IMG/VR virus record: IMGVR_UViG_3300027749_000034
Direction: 5' to 3' (one strand)
DNA: 64,000 nt
Origin: a virus
Lineage: Duplodnaviria; Caudoviricetes
Numbering within the stretch: position 1 is the first letter of the stretch; every line of letters starts with the position of its first letter. Shown here piece after piece: positions 7,967 to 16,354 of this stretch. Both the position numbers and the translations under genes were made by a program. The notes under the pieces are model-generated. The model ran no database searches and was not told the DNA's origin. It saw only the letters and a list, made by a program, of their open reading frames with translations.

Positions 7967-8012
7967 ACTTTTAATCTATTGGTCGTGGGTTCGAATCCCT
8001 CTGCCCGCACCA
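7937..8012 (+). tRNA. tRNA-Lys(TTT)
   Basis: Canonical cloverleaf, CTTTTAA loop, ACCA. Confidence 0.95.
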
Positions 8013-8025
8013 ATAAATAGTTGTA

Positions 8026-8370
8026 ATGAAAATTCAGCAAGACAGCACCGGACTTTATATTGAAACAGATGAAGTAGTCTGTCGTCCAGTTGAATCAAGT
8101 CAATTCAAATCAGATGAAGAGGTTCGGCTGGCACTTGATGCTGAAATAGCCACGGTCAGTGATGCCAATGATCGCGGTGCAAATGCCTTTGAAGAACAGT
8201 GGCAAGCAGTATACAAATCTCAGCCGGCTAGAGTTACGTCAGCGCCGGTAACTCATCCACCCATGTATTATGTAGAACACACAGGTTGGTATACTGCAAT
8301 CATAATCCTACTGGGCGTCACTGGGTTTGACCTTGGTCTTCTTGTTGGCACCATCTGGGCCAGGCTTTAA
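8026..8370 (+). CDS. hypothetical protein with C-terminal TM
   Basis: ORF; TAAATA-N6-ATG. Confidence 0.65.
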   Translation: MKIQQDSTGLYIETDEVVCRPVESSQFKSDEEVRLALDAEIATVSDANDRGANAFEEQWQAVYKSQPARVTSAPVTHPPMYYVEHTGWYTAIIILLGVTGFDLGLLVGTIWARL

Positions 8371-8501
8371 TTCCAACGGTTGAAACTGCAACTTGGCTTT
8401 GGCCAGAAGAGCATCTGGTTTAAAGTCTGCAGGTAAACACCAGGTGGCGCTGGGCAACAATTTAGATTTAACACTCATACAGTATTTAAGATCATTTAGG
8501 T

Positions 8502-8574
8502 GTGACCTTAGTGTTAGCGGTCAGCACCTCGGATTGTGATTCCGATAGGATGGGTTCAAATCCCATAGGTCACC
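8502..8574 (+). tRNA. tRNA-His(GTG), atypical (no G-1, no CCA, extended helix)
   Basis: TTGTGAT loop, C73, followed by CCT. Confidence 0.8.
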
Positions 8575-8591
8575 CCTAAACGATCTTTATT

Positions 8592-8667
8592 GCCAAGATA
8601 GCTCATCTGGTAGAGCACCTGTTTGAAGCACAGGGTGTGGTTGGTTCGAGTCCAACTCTTGGTACCA
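8592..8667 (+). tRNA. tRNA-Phe(GAA)
   Basis: TTGAAGC loop, ACCA. Confidence 0.9.
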
Positions 8668-8676
8668 AGTTTCTGT

Positions 8677-8750
8677 TCGGGAATGGTGTAATGGTAACAC
8701 AACACACTTTGACTGTGTCGTTCTAGGTTCGAGTCCTAGTTCCCGTGCCA
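8677..8750 (+). tRNA. tRNA-Gln(TTG)
   Basis: CTTTGAC loop, 1:72 mismatch, GCCA. Confidence 0.9.
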
Positions 8751-8769
8751 AATTTATAAGTAAGTTTAT

Positions 8770-8846
8770 AGCCTCATAGCTCAGTTGGTTAGAGCATTGT
8801 CTTGATAAGGCAAGGGTCCCCTGTTCGAGTCAGGGTGAGGCTACCA
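8770..8846 (+). tRNA. tRNA-Ile(GAT)
   Basis: CTGATAA-type loop (TTGATAA), ACCA. Confidence 0.9.
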
Positions 8847-8853
8847 GGATATT

Positions 8854-8994
8854 ATGAAAAAATTATTGTCAATCTGCGTACTTGCAACAGTTGCCGCATG
8901 CGGTTCAATGCCCAAGACTTGCTCTGTGCCTGGTGAGCAAGGTTGTACAAAGATACCGGCAATAATGATTCCAATTTTCAGCAAACAGTTTTAA
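8854..8994 (+). CDS. 46-aa putative lipoprotein
   Basis: MKKLLSICVLATVAA-C-GS lipobox-type signal. Confidence 0.6.
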   Translation: MKKLLSICVLATVAACGSMPKTCSVPGEQGCTKIPAIMIPIFSKQF

Positions 8995-9068
8995 GGGTCA
9001 TTAGTATAATGGCAGTACTGCGGTCTCCAAAACCGTTAGTGGGAGTTCGAGTCTCTCATGGCCCGCCA
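8995..9068 (+). tRNA. tRNA-Trp(CCA)
   Basis: CTCCAAA loop, G73, CCA. Confidence 0.92.
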
Positions 9069-9089
9069 ATTACACCTAATAGGTAAATC

Positions 9090-10061
9090 ATGTCAGTTAT
9101 TTTATTTTCGCATCCACGCAGTGGAAGCAGTCACTATACCGCAATGTTGCATTGGCATAATCAGCACAAGTATAAAAACCAAAGCATATACCTTTTTGAA
9201 TTTTTTACAATACATTGCACAGATACATTTGGGCAAGCCGGCGATATACTTTACAACCTTGAGTTATATGGTAAACCTATTCAAGTCTGTGAGTTAGTTG
9301 ATGCAGTATGGAATCGTCAGTGGTTGTATTGGCAAATTGAATCCAATCAGGACCCTGCTGACTTGTTGCCAATGATGCTAAAAAACAAAACTGTAATTTT
9401 TAAAAATTTTCAAGAAGTCCAGCAGTGGTATACAGCAGAATGTTTAAAGAGGTTGAGCTGGCTTAAATTTTTAACCAACAGCAAAATTCATTATGTTGTG
9501 AAACATTTTTTTCTCAGCCAAGAACTCAACATTGATGCTGAGCTGATAGAGTTTGCCAAGTCAGCTCAGCAGGCCAAACTGTATTATAGGCAGGACTTTT
9601 ATCAAACTTTATTGAGTCATCTTATTAAGACTTGTTATTATGATATACCTGGTGCACAACAGAGTCTAACAAATCGTGGACAGGATGCACACAATATACA
9701 AAATAAAATGTCTCCACTACAACCAATGTCATTGTCATTGGAAAAAGATCAACTGTTGAAGTGGATTGATCCTTTTGTATTATTTTTAAATTTTGTCAAA
9801 AACAACAAATTTGATGCGGTAGACATATTGTTGTATGAAGACTTTTTAGCAAAAAAATCAATTCAAATTGACGGGCAAGAAATAAAGTTAGAAATAATTG
9901 ATGCTAAATTCATGCGGACCAAAGAGTTTCCAATGAATTATGCTGTGAGTAAAGATCAATATTTTATCAACAGTGAATTGATTAAGAGCGTGGTCTATGA
10001 AAAAATTGTTGACCAGCACCTGCTAGAAACAATGCAAATGCTAGGTATTCGATTGTTGTAA
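9090..10061 (+). CDS. sulfotransferase-like P-loop protein
   Basis: SHPRSGSS (5'-PSB-like), YRQDFYQTLLS (R-x7-S), LLYEDF. Confidence 0.55.
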   Translation: MSVILFSHPRSGSSHYTAMLHWHNQHKYKNQSIYLFEFFTIHCTDTFGQAGDILYNLELYGKPIQVCELVDAVWNRQWLYWQIESNQDPADLLPMMLKNKTVIFKNFQEVQQWYTAECLKRLSWLKFLTNSKIHYVVKHFFLSQELNIDAELIEFAKSAQQAKLYYRQDFYQTLLSHLIKTCYYDIPGAQQSLTNRGQDAHNIQNKMSPLQPMSLSLEKDQLLKWIDPFVLFLNFVKNNKFDAVDILLYEDFLAKKSIQIDGQEIKLEIIDAKFMRTKEFPMNYAVSKDQYFINSELIKSVVYEKIVDQHLLETMQMLGIRLL

Positions 10062-10075
10062 TTGATCAAACACAT

Positions 10076-10150
10076 ACCACTATAGTTCAATGGATAGAAT
10101 CGGGTCCTCCTAAGACTTGGATACAGGTTCGATTCCTGTTGGTGGGACCA
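10076..10150 (+). tRNA. tRNA-Arg(CCT)
   Basis: CTCCTAA loop, ACCA. Confidence 0.85.
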
Positions 10151-10158
10151 AAGTCAAT

Positions 10159-10235
10159 ACCCCGGTGGCGCAATTGGTAGACGCACCTCTCTCAAAAGGA
10201 GGGTGTTGAGAGTTCGAATCTCTCCCGGGGTACCA
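10159..10235 (+). tRNA. tRNA-Leu(CAA), short variable loop
   Basis: Leu-type D-arm (GGTAGACGC), CTCAAAA loop, 5-nt variable region, ACCA. Confidence 0.8.
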
Positions 10236-10245
10236 TTATAGTTTG

Positions 10246-10821
10246 TTATATAAAAATCTTAGATGCCAATAATTCATACGGCATCAGTTTATTTGTTGCG
10301 TCAGTCACTGTGAAAGAGACTGTGTATCGAGTTTCTTCCGTGGTTGTTACATTGTGTGGAATTCCAGTTTGTACAATGTTGTATCCAACAAGATGTTTGC
10401 TGTACAGCAAATTTACCTGATCTGCCGTAAAGCTTGCATAATTGTTTGAATAGTTATTTTTACGAGATATCTTTGTTACTTTTGGTGTGTACCAATTAAG
10501 CACTCCGCCACTGGAGTTGGAAATGTAATTGATCTTGGCCATATTTCCTGGCATCATGTAATCTGCATCAGCGCCATCGGTATGAATCATTGAGGTAAAA
10601 TTAGTTGGGTAGTAAAAAAGCTCGCAACCACGAACCAGCAAGCCCCTTCCTGCCAAGAAGCTGATCACATTGTGGTCAATGTACTTGGAAACTGTAGAAT
10701 CTTTTGAATTAAAAATAGTAGACCTATTGTAAACACCTTTGGCACTAATTAATTTCAACAGGCGTAATCCAGATACAGATAACGGACCATAAGATAAGCT
10801 GAAGTTTTTATACAATTCCAT
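10246..10821 (-). CDS. cupin/2OG-Fe(II) oxygenase-like protein
   Basis: IHTDG...IPHNV; start ATG 10821 preceded by TAAATA-N4. Confidence 0.55.
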   Translation of the reverse strand: MELYKNFSLSYGPLSVSGLRLLKLISAKGVYNRSTIFNSKDSTVSKYIDHNVISFLAGRGLLVRGCELFYYPTNFTSMIHTDGADADYMMPGNMAKINYISNSSGGVLNWYTPKVTKISRKNNYSNNYASFTADQVNLLYSKHLVGYNIVQTGIPHNVTTTEETRYTVSFTVTDATNKLMPYELLASKIFI

Positions 10822-10843
10822 GCGATATTTATTCAACAAGTCA

Positions 10844-10873
10844 TTGACAACAGTAGGTTAAATAGTTTATAAT
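10844..10873 (+). promoter_or_regulatory. sigma70 promoter for the second tRNA block
   Basis: TTGACA-N18-TATAAT. Confidence 0.7.
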
Positions 10874-10892
10874 AAATTTTACAGAGTAAATT

Positions 10893-10982
10893 GGAGCGGT
10901 CCTATAATGGTATTAGAGCAGATTGCTAATCTGTCGCTCGGCGTAATCCGGGTTCTGAGTTCGAGTCTCAGTCGCTCCGCCA
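10893..10982 (+). tRNA. tRNA-Ser(GCT)
   Basis: TTGCTAA loop, long variable arm, GCCA. Confidence 0.92.
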
Positions 10983-11001
10983 AACACAACGAAAGCACAG
11001 T

Positions 11002-11166
11002 ATGAAGCCAGGTAAAACATTTCGATTAAGCAAAACAACCAAGCGAATGCTATGTAGCATTGTTGATACAACCAAGCGTAATGCTTGGAAGGCCGCAATG
11101 ATTCAAGCAGAGTTGGCCGCAGGTGTAGTTGTCAAGAGAGAGCCAAAAGAAGGACAGCGTAAGTAA
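11002..11166 (+). CDS. 54-aa basic hypothetical protein
   Basis: MKPGKTFRLSKTTKRM...; fills the gap between tRNAs. Confidence 0.65.
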   Translation: MKPGKTFRLSKTTKRMLCSIVDTTKRNAWKAAMIQAELAAGVVVKREPKEGQRK

Positions 11167-11175
11167 AGTTTTTTT

Positions 11176-11259
11176 GCCCCGGTGGTGTAATGGTAGCCAC
11201 GCTGGTCTTAGAAGCCAGTGCCGAAAGGCGTGTCGGTTCGAGTCCGACCTGGGGCACCA
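11176..11259 (+). tRNA. tRNA-Leu(TAG)
   Basis: CTTAGAA loop, GCC-GAAA-GGC variable arm, ACCA. Confidence 0.93.
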
Positions 11260-11276
11260 TAATTTAAAGGTCAAAT

Positions 11277-11498
11277 ATGCCAACAGTCTATACTGAAGTC
11301 GAAGTCGATGTAAGTCTAAGTGATTTTGATACCGAAGATCTAATTGAAGAATTAGAATCTCGAGGTAACTTGCCAATTGAGGGCAATACCGACGCTAAAG
11401 AGCTAGTCGAGTCAATGTATCTAAAGCGTAGAAATGGCAAAGACTACCAGCAAGAGTTGGACCAACTGATTTATCGAGTCCTTGGTAAGATCGTTTAA
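11277..11498 (+). CDS. hypothetical protein
   Basis: ORF with AAGGT SD. Confidence 0.7.
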   Translation: MPTVYTEVEVDVSLSDFDTEDLIEELESRGNLPIEGNTDAKELVESMYLKRRNGKDYQQELDQLIYRVLGKIV

Positions 11499-11508
11499 AT
11501 TGCATCAT

Positions 11509-11583
11509 CTGGCCATAGTACAATGGATAGTACATAGAGCTTCTACCTCTAGAATGTGGGTTCGATTCCTGCTGGCCGGGCCA
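11509..11583 (+). tRNA. tRNA-Arg(TCT)
   Basis: CTTCTAC loop, GCCA. Confidence 0.88.
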
Positions 11584-12432
11584 CTTATTGTTGTAATGTT
11601 TGCAATGCCTGCACAGGCAAAAAAGAAAACAACTGCACCACCTAGCGAACCAGCTCGTGCAGTTTTAGTTTTTAATGCAACAACAGATACACTGGTGCAT
11701 GGTCTAAACATACACGACATCATGCCAATTGCCAGTGTGACAAAATTAATGACTGCATTTGTAGTCTTAGAAAGTCGAGCAGACTTGGATGAAAGATTGC
11801 CAGTTGTACCACAATCAGTGGAAAGTAGCCGTGTTCTCAAGCTTGGTATGATAATTACTCGACGAGAACTACTACACCTTGCACTTGTCTCCAGTGATAA
11901 CCTAGCGGCAAAATTGCTTGCTGTATACCATCCATACGGTTATGATTCATTTGTTCGAGAAATGAATGCCACGGCACAACGCCTGGGAATGAAGAATACA
12001 TCCTATATTGAACCAACTGGACTCCTGTTAAACACCAGTACCGCATGGGATTTACACCTGCTGAATCGTCATCTATCTAAATATACAATTTTCAAAGAAG
12101 CCGCAATGAGCGCAACAGCCAGTGCAGAAGCCCGGACTCGCCGGGGCATATGGCAAAAGTTAGTGATTCGTAACACCAATGCATTTGCAGGAAAATATGA
12201 TATCAAGATTGCCAAAACTGGATTTACTAATCCAGCTGGCTGGTGCATTGACATGCAAGTGCATCATAAGGACCAGGATGTAGATTTTATAGTACTAGGC
12301 TCACCAAGCAAAAAAATACGCAACGAGCTGGTCAGTAAACGATTAAACAATTACATGACTTTCATGACATCTCGATCTATTGTTATTAAAATTGAAGACA
12401 TTGATGATGCAAGTGGATTTATTAATTGGTAA
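11554..12432 (+). CDS. peptidase S11 D-Ala-D-Ala carboxy/endopeptidase (PBP7/PbpG-like)
   Basis: SVTK (SxxK), SDN (SxN), KTG motifs; signal peptide if start is ATG 11554. Confidence 0.85.
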   Translation: MWVRFLLAGPLIVVMFAMPAQAKKKTTAPPSEPARAVLVFNATTDTLVHGLNIHDIMPIASVTKLMTAFVVLESRADLDERLPVVPQSVESSRVLKLGMIITRRELLHLALVSSDNLAAKLLAVYHPYGYDSFVREMNATAQRLGMKNTSYIEPTGLLLNTSTAWDLHLLNRHLSKYTIFKEAAMSATASAEARTRRGIWQKLVIRNTNAFAGKYDIKIAKTGFTNPAGWCIDMQVHHKDQDVDFIVLGSPSKKIRNELVSKRLNNYMTFMTSRSIVIKIEDIDDASGFINW

Positions 12433-12463
12433 CAACCCTAGAACTACTGCAAATAAGTATCTC

Positions 12464-12988
12464 ATGTCATTGTTCAGTATAAACGGAATTGGTCCAACAG
12501 TTGATTCATCTGCCTATGTACATGAGTCAGCAACCATAATTGGTCACTGCCAAATTGGCAATAATTCCTCAGTCTGGCCCGGCGCAGTGATACGAGCAGA
12601 CAATGACAAGGTATTCATTGGCAACTGTGTCAATGTTCAAGACGGCACAGTAATTCATGTTGATGACAATCATCCGGTGGTGTTAGAAGATGGAGTCAGC
12701 ATTGGACATATGGCCATGATTCATGGTGCAACAGTAAAGGAAAATACATTGATTGGTATGCAAGCAATAATATTAAACAATGCAATCATTGGAAAGAACT
12801 GTATCATTGGCGCCAATACTGTTATTGCCTCCGGAAAAATAATTCCTGACAATTCGTTGGTTGTTGGTACCCCAGGAAAAGTAATAAGACAAGTGACAGA
12901 CGCTGAAGTAGAAAACAACCGTCGCAATGCGGATGTGTATGCATCAAAGGCTGTGCATTACAAAACAAATTTGATTAAGGTAGGATAA
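12464..12988 (+). CDS. gamma-class carbonic anhydrase family (hexapeptide repeat)
   Basis: VIRADND, NVQDGTVIH, IGHMAMIHG; start 12464 after TAAGTA-N4. Confidence 0.88.
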   Translation: MSLFSINGIGPTVDSSAYVHESATIIGHCQIGNNSSVWPGAVIRADNDKVFIGNCVNVQDGTVIHVDDNHPVVLEDGVSIGHMAMIHGATVKENTLIGMQAIILNNAIIGKNCIIGANTVIASGKIIPDNSLVVGTPGKVIRQVTDAEVENNRRNADVYASKAVHYKTNLIKVG

Positions 12989-12989
12989 C

Positions 12990-13766
12990 ATGTGGAATAA
13001 AACATTTGATTCAGGCACAGCATGGATTCATATGAACGGATTTAAAAAAAGAACCAATGCCAATGCATATTATAGTCCAGGGGTTGATAGATTCTTTGCA
13101 GTTGACTCATTTGATCCTTATACTGCATTTGAAGTAGCACAGATTCTAAGCGGGAAGATGCCAGGCATTTCTATTTGTGTACTAAGTGGTGATGATGCTT
13201 GGTTTGAAAATAACAACTGTCACGAATATACATTGCGAGACAAATCTATATTGTCTCCAGGAAACTCTGTGTTGTTCAATAGGCAAATTCCAATGATTAG
13301 AAAATTGCCACCTAAGAGTGTTATACAATCCCTAGCAATGCCAACTGACTACATTGATCCATCTGTAAACTTTGATAATTTTATGAAGTTTAAAGAATAT
13401 GCACAGTTTGTAATTCAAGCATGGCATACTGCAAAAATAGCAGAAATATATTTTAATACTCAACCAATGGATTTGTATCTGCAGGATTACTTTGGTGAAT
13501 CAACCCCGGAAGGATTTATCACAACAGCTGACAGCATCAATGGTAAACTTAAAACAGGTATCACAAAAGAAATCAAGAAAGTGTTATATAATAGCAATTC
13601 ATCTGAAGAGGCATTGGATGCAATTGCAGATATATGGGTTGAGAATTCAACTCATATGGGTTCTTATTGGAGAGATTTCTTTTACAAAATTTTAGAAATT
13701 GAGATTCCAGCCAAGGTGCTGGCCGCCGGTACTAACATTGATGGATATTCAGGATACATTTTATGA
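12990..13766 (+). CDS. hypothetical protein
   Basis: ORF coupled to both neighbours. Confidence 0.7.
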   Translation: MWNKTFDSGTAWIHMNGFKKRTNANAYYSPGVDRFFAVDSFDPYTAFEVAQILSGKMPGISICVLSGDDAWFENNNCHEYTLRDKSILSPGNSVLFNRQIPMIRKLPPKSVIQSLAMPTDYIDPSVNFDNFMKFKEYAQFVIQAWHTAKIAEIYFNTQPMDLYLQDYFGESTPEGFITTADSINGKLKTGITKEIKKVLYNSNSSEEALDAIADIWVENSTHMGSYWRDFFYKILEIEIPAKVLAAGTNIDGYSGYIL

Positions 13767-15058
13767 TACAATTGACAGATAAGCTATACTTCAGTTCAAT
13801 CAATTTCAATGGTTATGCCACTGACTTTTGGAACAACATGTATGCGGAAACAAGTGAAGGCGGTCGATTTGCAATTGATATGGGCAGGAGACTAAACCCA
13901 TATCGACATGTGACTAGGAATGACAGCATCTGGACCAACCCCTGGCCTCAACCAATCATTCCAAAATACGCAATGGTTGATTACGATCCAACTTTTAAAT
14001 TAAACTTTGCAGAAGTGAGTGATCTAAAAGCACAACAGTTTGCAAAACGAATTAGAGAAACAAACGAAAAGTTTGCAATCATGTATTCAGGTGGCATTGA
14101 CAGTTCCACAATCATGATTGCATTAATAAAGAACTTGACCTCTGAAGAATTAAAAAATATTAGTGTTTGTACCAGTGCAGTGGCGCTGGTTGAAAATCCA
14201 ACACTTTGGAAAAACCACATTTACGGAAAATTTGAAATTATTGATTCTGCATCGGTCAAGTACAGCGATCTAATAGCCACTGGTTATACACCAGTAACTG
14301 CTGATGATGGTGATTGCTTGTTTGGTACAGTTTTTGGTTTGAGTATCTATTACAATTGGCAATGCCTCATTGAGAAGTACAATCTAAGTCCACGGGCAAA
14401 AACCTTTATTGCCAACAACATACACAGGTTTAGTGACCCGGATTTACATTACTCATACTTCAAAGATTTGTTAATTGGATACCTTAATCTTCAAGAAGGC
14501 GGCCGATACCCAAACATTATTGTCAACCCCGATCCAAACTTTGGTCGTAGGCTGTACGACAAGTTTGACTTAAACTGTAAAACTGCCGGCCTCCCAATTA
14601 GTAGTTTACATGATTTCTTTTGGTGGCTAATTTTCAATGTCAAGATGTTGAACTGTAGCGTTCGCGGTGCATTGTATTACAATGATGTTGTGGATCCCAA
14701 CACCGCAATTCATGCAATTGAAAATTGGTACAATGATAGCTTATACCAACATTGGTCAATGAACAATAATAATAATGGACAAAAGATATTAGGTGGACCC
14801 GCTACATACAAAAAAGCGGCCAGAGATTACATTTATAGTTTTGATAAAAACGAATGGTATCGTAGTTTTAAATTAAAACTTGAAAGTATGGCAAATCTTG
14901 CATTACCACAAGCGTGGGATTTAAATTTGCCAAATGGTCGACCAACTGCAAGGTTTGGCATTACGACAGATTACAAACTATTGTCAATTGATGATATCAG
15001 TGTGCAAGAGTATATTCGACATCATTTGAACAATTATCAACTGGATTGGACAGAATAA
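13763..15058 (+). CDS. PP-loop ATPase, Asn-synthetase-like
   Basis: IMYSGGIDS and TADDGDCLFG (cf. GEGADELFG). Confidence 0.7.
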   Translation: MIQLTDKLYFSSINFNGYATDFWNNMYAETSEGGRFAIDMGRRLNPYRHVTRNDSIWTNPWPQPIIPKYAMVDYDPTFKLNFAEVSDLKAQQFAKRIRETNEKFAIMYSGGIDSSTIMIALIKNLTSEELKNISVCTSAVALVENPTLWKNHIYGKFEIIDSASVKYSDLIATGYTPVTADDGDCLFGTVFGLSIYYNWQCLIEKYNLSPRAKTFIANNIHRFSDPDLHYSYFKDLLIGYLNLQEGGRYPNIIVNPDPNFGRRLYDKFDLNCKTAGLPISSLHDFFWWLIFNVKMLNCSVRGALYYNDVVDPNTAIHAIENWYNDSLYQHWSMNNNNNGQKILGGPATYKKAARDYIYSFDKNEWYRSFKLKLESMANLALPQAWDLNLPNGRPTARFGITTDYKLLSIDDISVQEYIRHHLNNYQLDWTE

Positions 15059-15636
15059 TGAAATATAAAATAAGTGACACAATTGATGCCAAGGGCGATG
15101 CTGTAATCCTTTGGCACGGAGATTACATTTCACAATTTAAACACATTGGTGCTCTATACTATGAAGCAATTGCATTTTTATTAAAAAAGGGTTGGGCACG
15201 ACTACCTTACCATACAACTATGGCCAACCATAAAATTATTTGGGCAGAAAATGCAGATGGTGTTGCAATGGGCGGGGTCATATATGAATATCATCAAACA
15301 ATCAAACAAGGTTATATTGTAATTATTTTTACATCCGATGAGTTCAGAGGCCGCCACATATATACCCTATTGCAAACTGCACTTGAAAACGAAATTATTC
15401 GATTAGGTGGAACCAGCATTGCCAGTGAAGCACACAAAGATAATGAGCCAAGACTGATAGCAGGTCGTCGAGAAGGCATGCTTCCAGAATATTTACGGTT
15501 ATATAAAGATTTGACTCCTGTACTAGAAGAACGCAAGCAGGAAATGTCAATTCGCTTCAATTGCAAGCCAGAAGAAGTGGTAATTGAACGATGGAATGGT
15601 AATGTAAATCCGTTGTACGACAGACTTACAAAATAA
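15058..15636 (+). CDS. GNAT-family acetyltransferase
   Basis: FTSDEFRGRHIY motif-A-like segment. Confidence 0.6.
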   Translation: MKYKISDTIDAKGDAVILWHGDYISQFKHIGALYYEAIAFLLKKGWARLPYHTTMANHKIIWAENADGVAMGGVIYEYHQTIKQGYIVIIFTSDEFRGRHIYTLLQTALENEIIRLGGTSIASEAHKDNEPRLIAGRREGMLPEYLRLYKDLTPVLEERKQEMSIRFNCKPEEVVIERWNGNVNPLYDRLTK

Positions 15637-16279
15637 TTGAATTCCAAGGCTGGCACGACCTGACACTTAAAATTACCCTAGGTTGTCGGCCAGTCCAGTT
15701 TAACGCATGGAGTCTATCAGTTCTAACAAAGCTGGCATGTTGTTGTATCTTGGTTAAATTATTTGCCTTTGCCACTGGATCGCCAACCGTGCTCCATCTA
15801 TCTTCCAAACTTTTGCCGCGAGCTTGTAATCTTCCAACCAATTCATTGCGTTGGTTTGGAAACTGTATAGTTTCAACTCGATGATCACGCCAGTCTATAT
15901 CCCACCAAACCATTTCAGTGTTATCTTCGCCAGTGATCAGTATATTGAATCGAATTGGTACCTCTATATCAACTCCAGTTTTTCCAGTGGTGTCAATATG
16001 TGGATTTCCTAAAATTACGTCTCTTGGCTTTGGTAACCTTTTGTAAACAAACAATTGCGGCGATGGATCAACAATTCCATAACTACTCATTGCGTTGACA
16101 ATTTCTTTCCATGCTTCGCTTGCTATCAATCTATCTGATTGCACACTATTAAAATGCAATAATCCGTTATTCAGCGGCGCTGTGATTTGATAGTCCAATA
16201 CAATTGGTGCAACAAATTCTCTCAGCCAGGCAAAATTTATAGGACTTAGGGCAAACGGAACAGTTACAAACGGAGTCAT
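15626..16279 (-). CDS. cupin/2OG-Fe(II) oxygenase-like protein
   Basis: PHIDT...LHAL; TAAATA-N5-ATG. Confidence 0.5.
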   Translation of the reverse strand: MTPFVTVPFALSPINFAWLREFVAPIVLDYQITAPLNNGLLHFNSVQSDRLIASEAWKEIVNAMSSYGIVDPSPQLFVYKRLPKPRDVILGNPHIDTTGKTGVDIEVPIRFNILITGEDNTEMVWWDIDWRDHRVETIQFPNQRNELVGRLQARGKSLEDRWSTVGDPVAKANNLTKIQQHASFVRTDRLHALNWTGRQPRVILSVRSCQPWNSIIL

Positions 16280-16303
16280 ACTGATATTTAGTCTATAAAT
16301 AGG

Positions 16304-16332
16304 TTGACATACAAGGCAAAGATAGTTATACT
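16304..16332 (+). promoter_or_regulatory. sigma70 promoter
   Basis: TTGACA-N17-TATACT. Confidence 0.8.
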
Positions 16333-16354
16333 TTGTTATTCACTTGGGAGTTTT

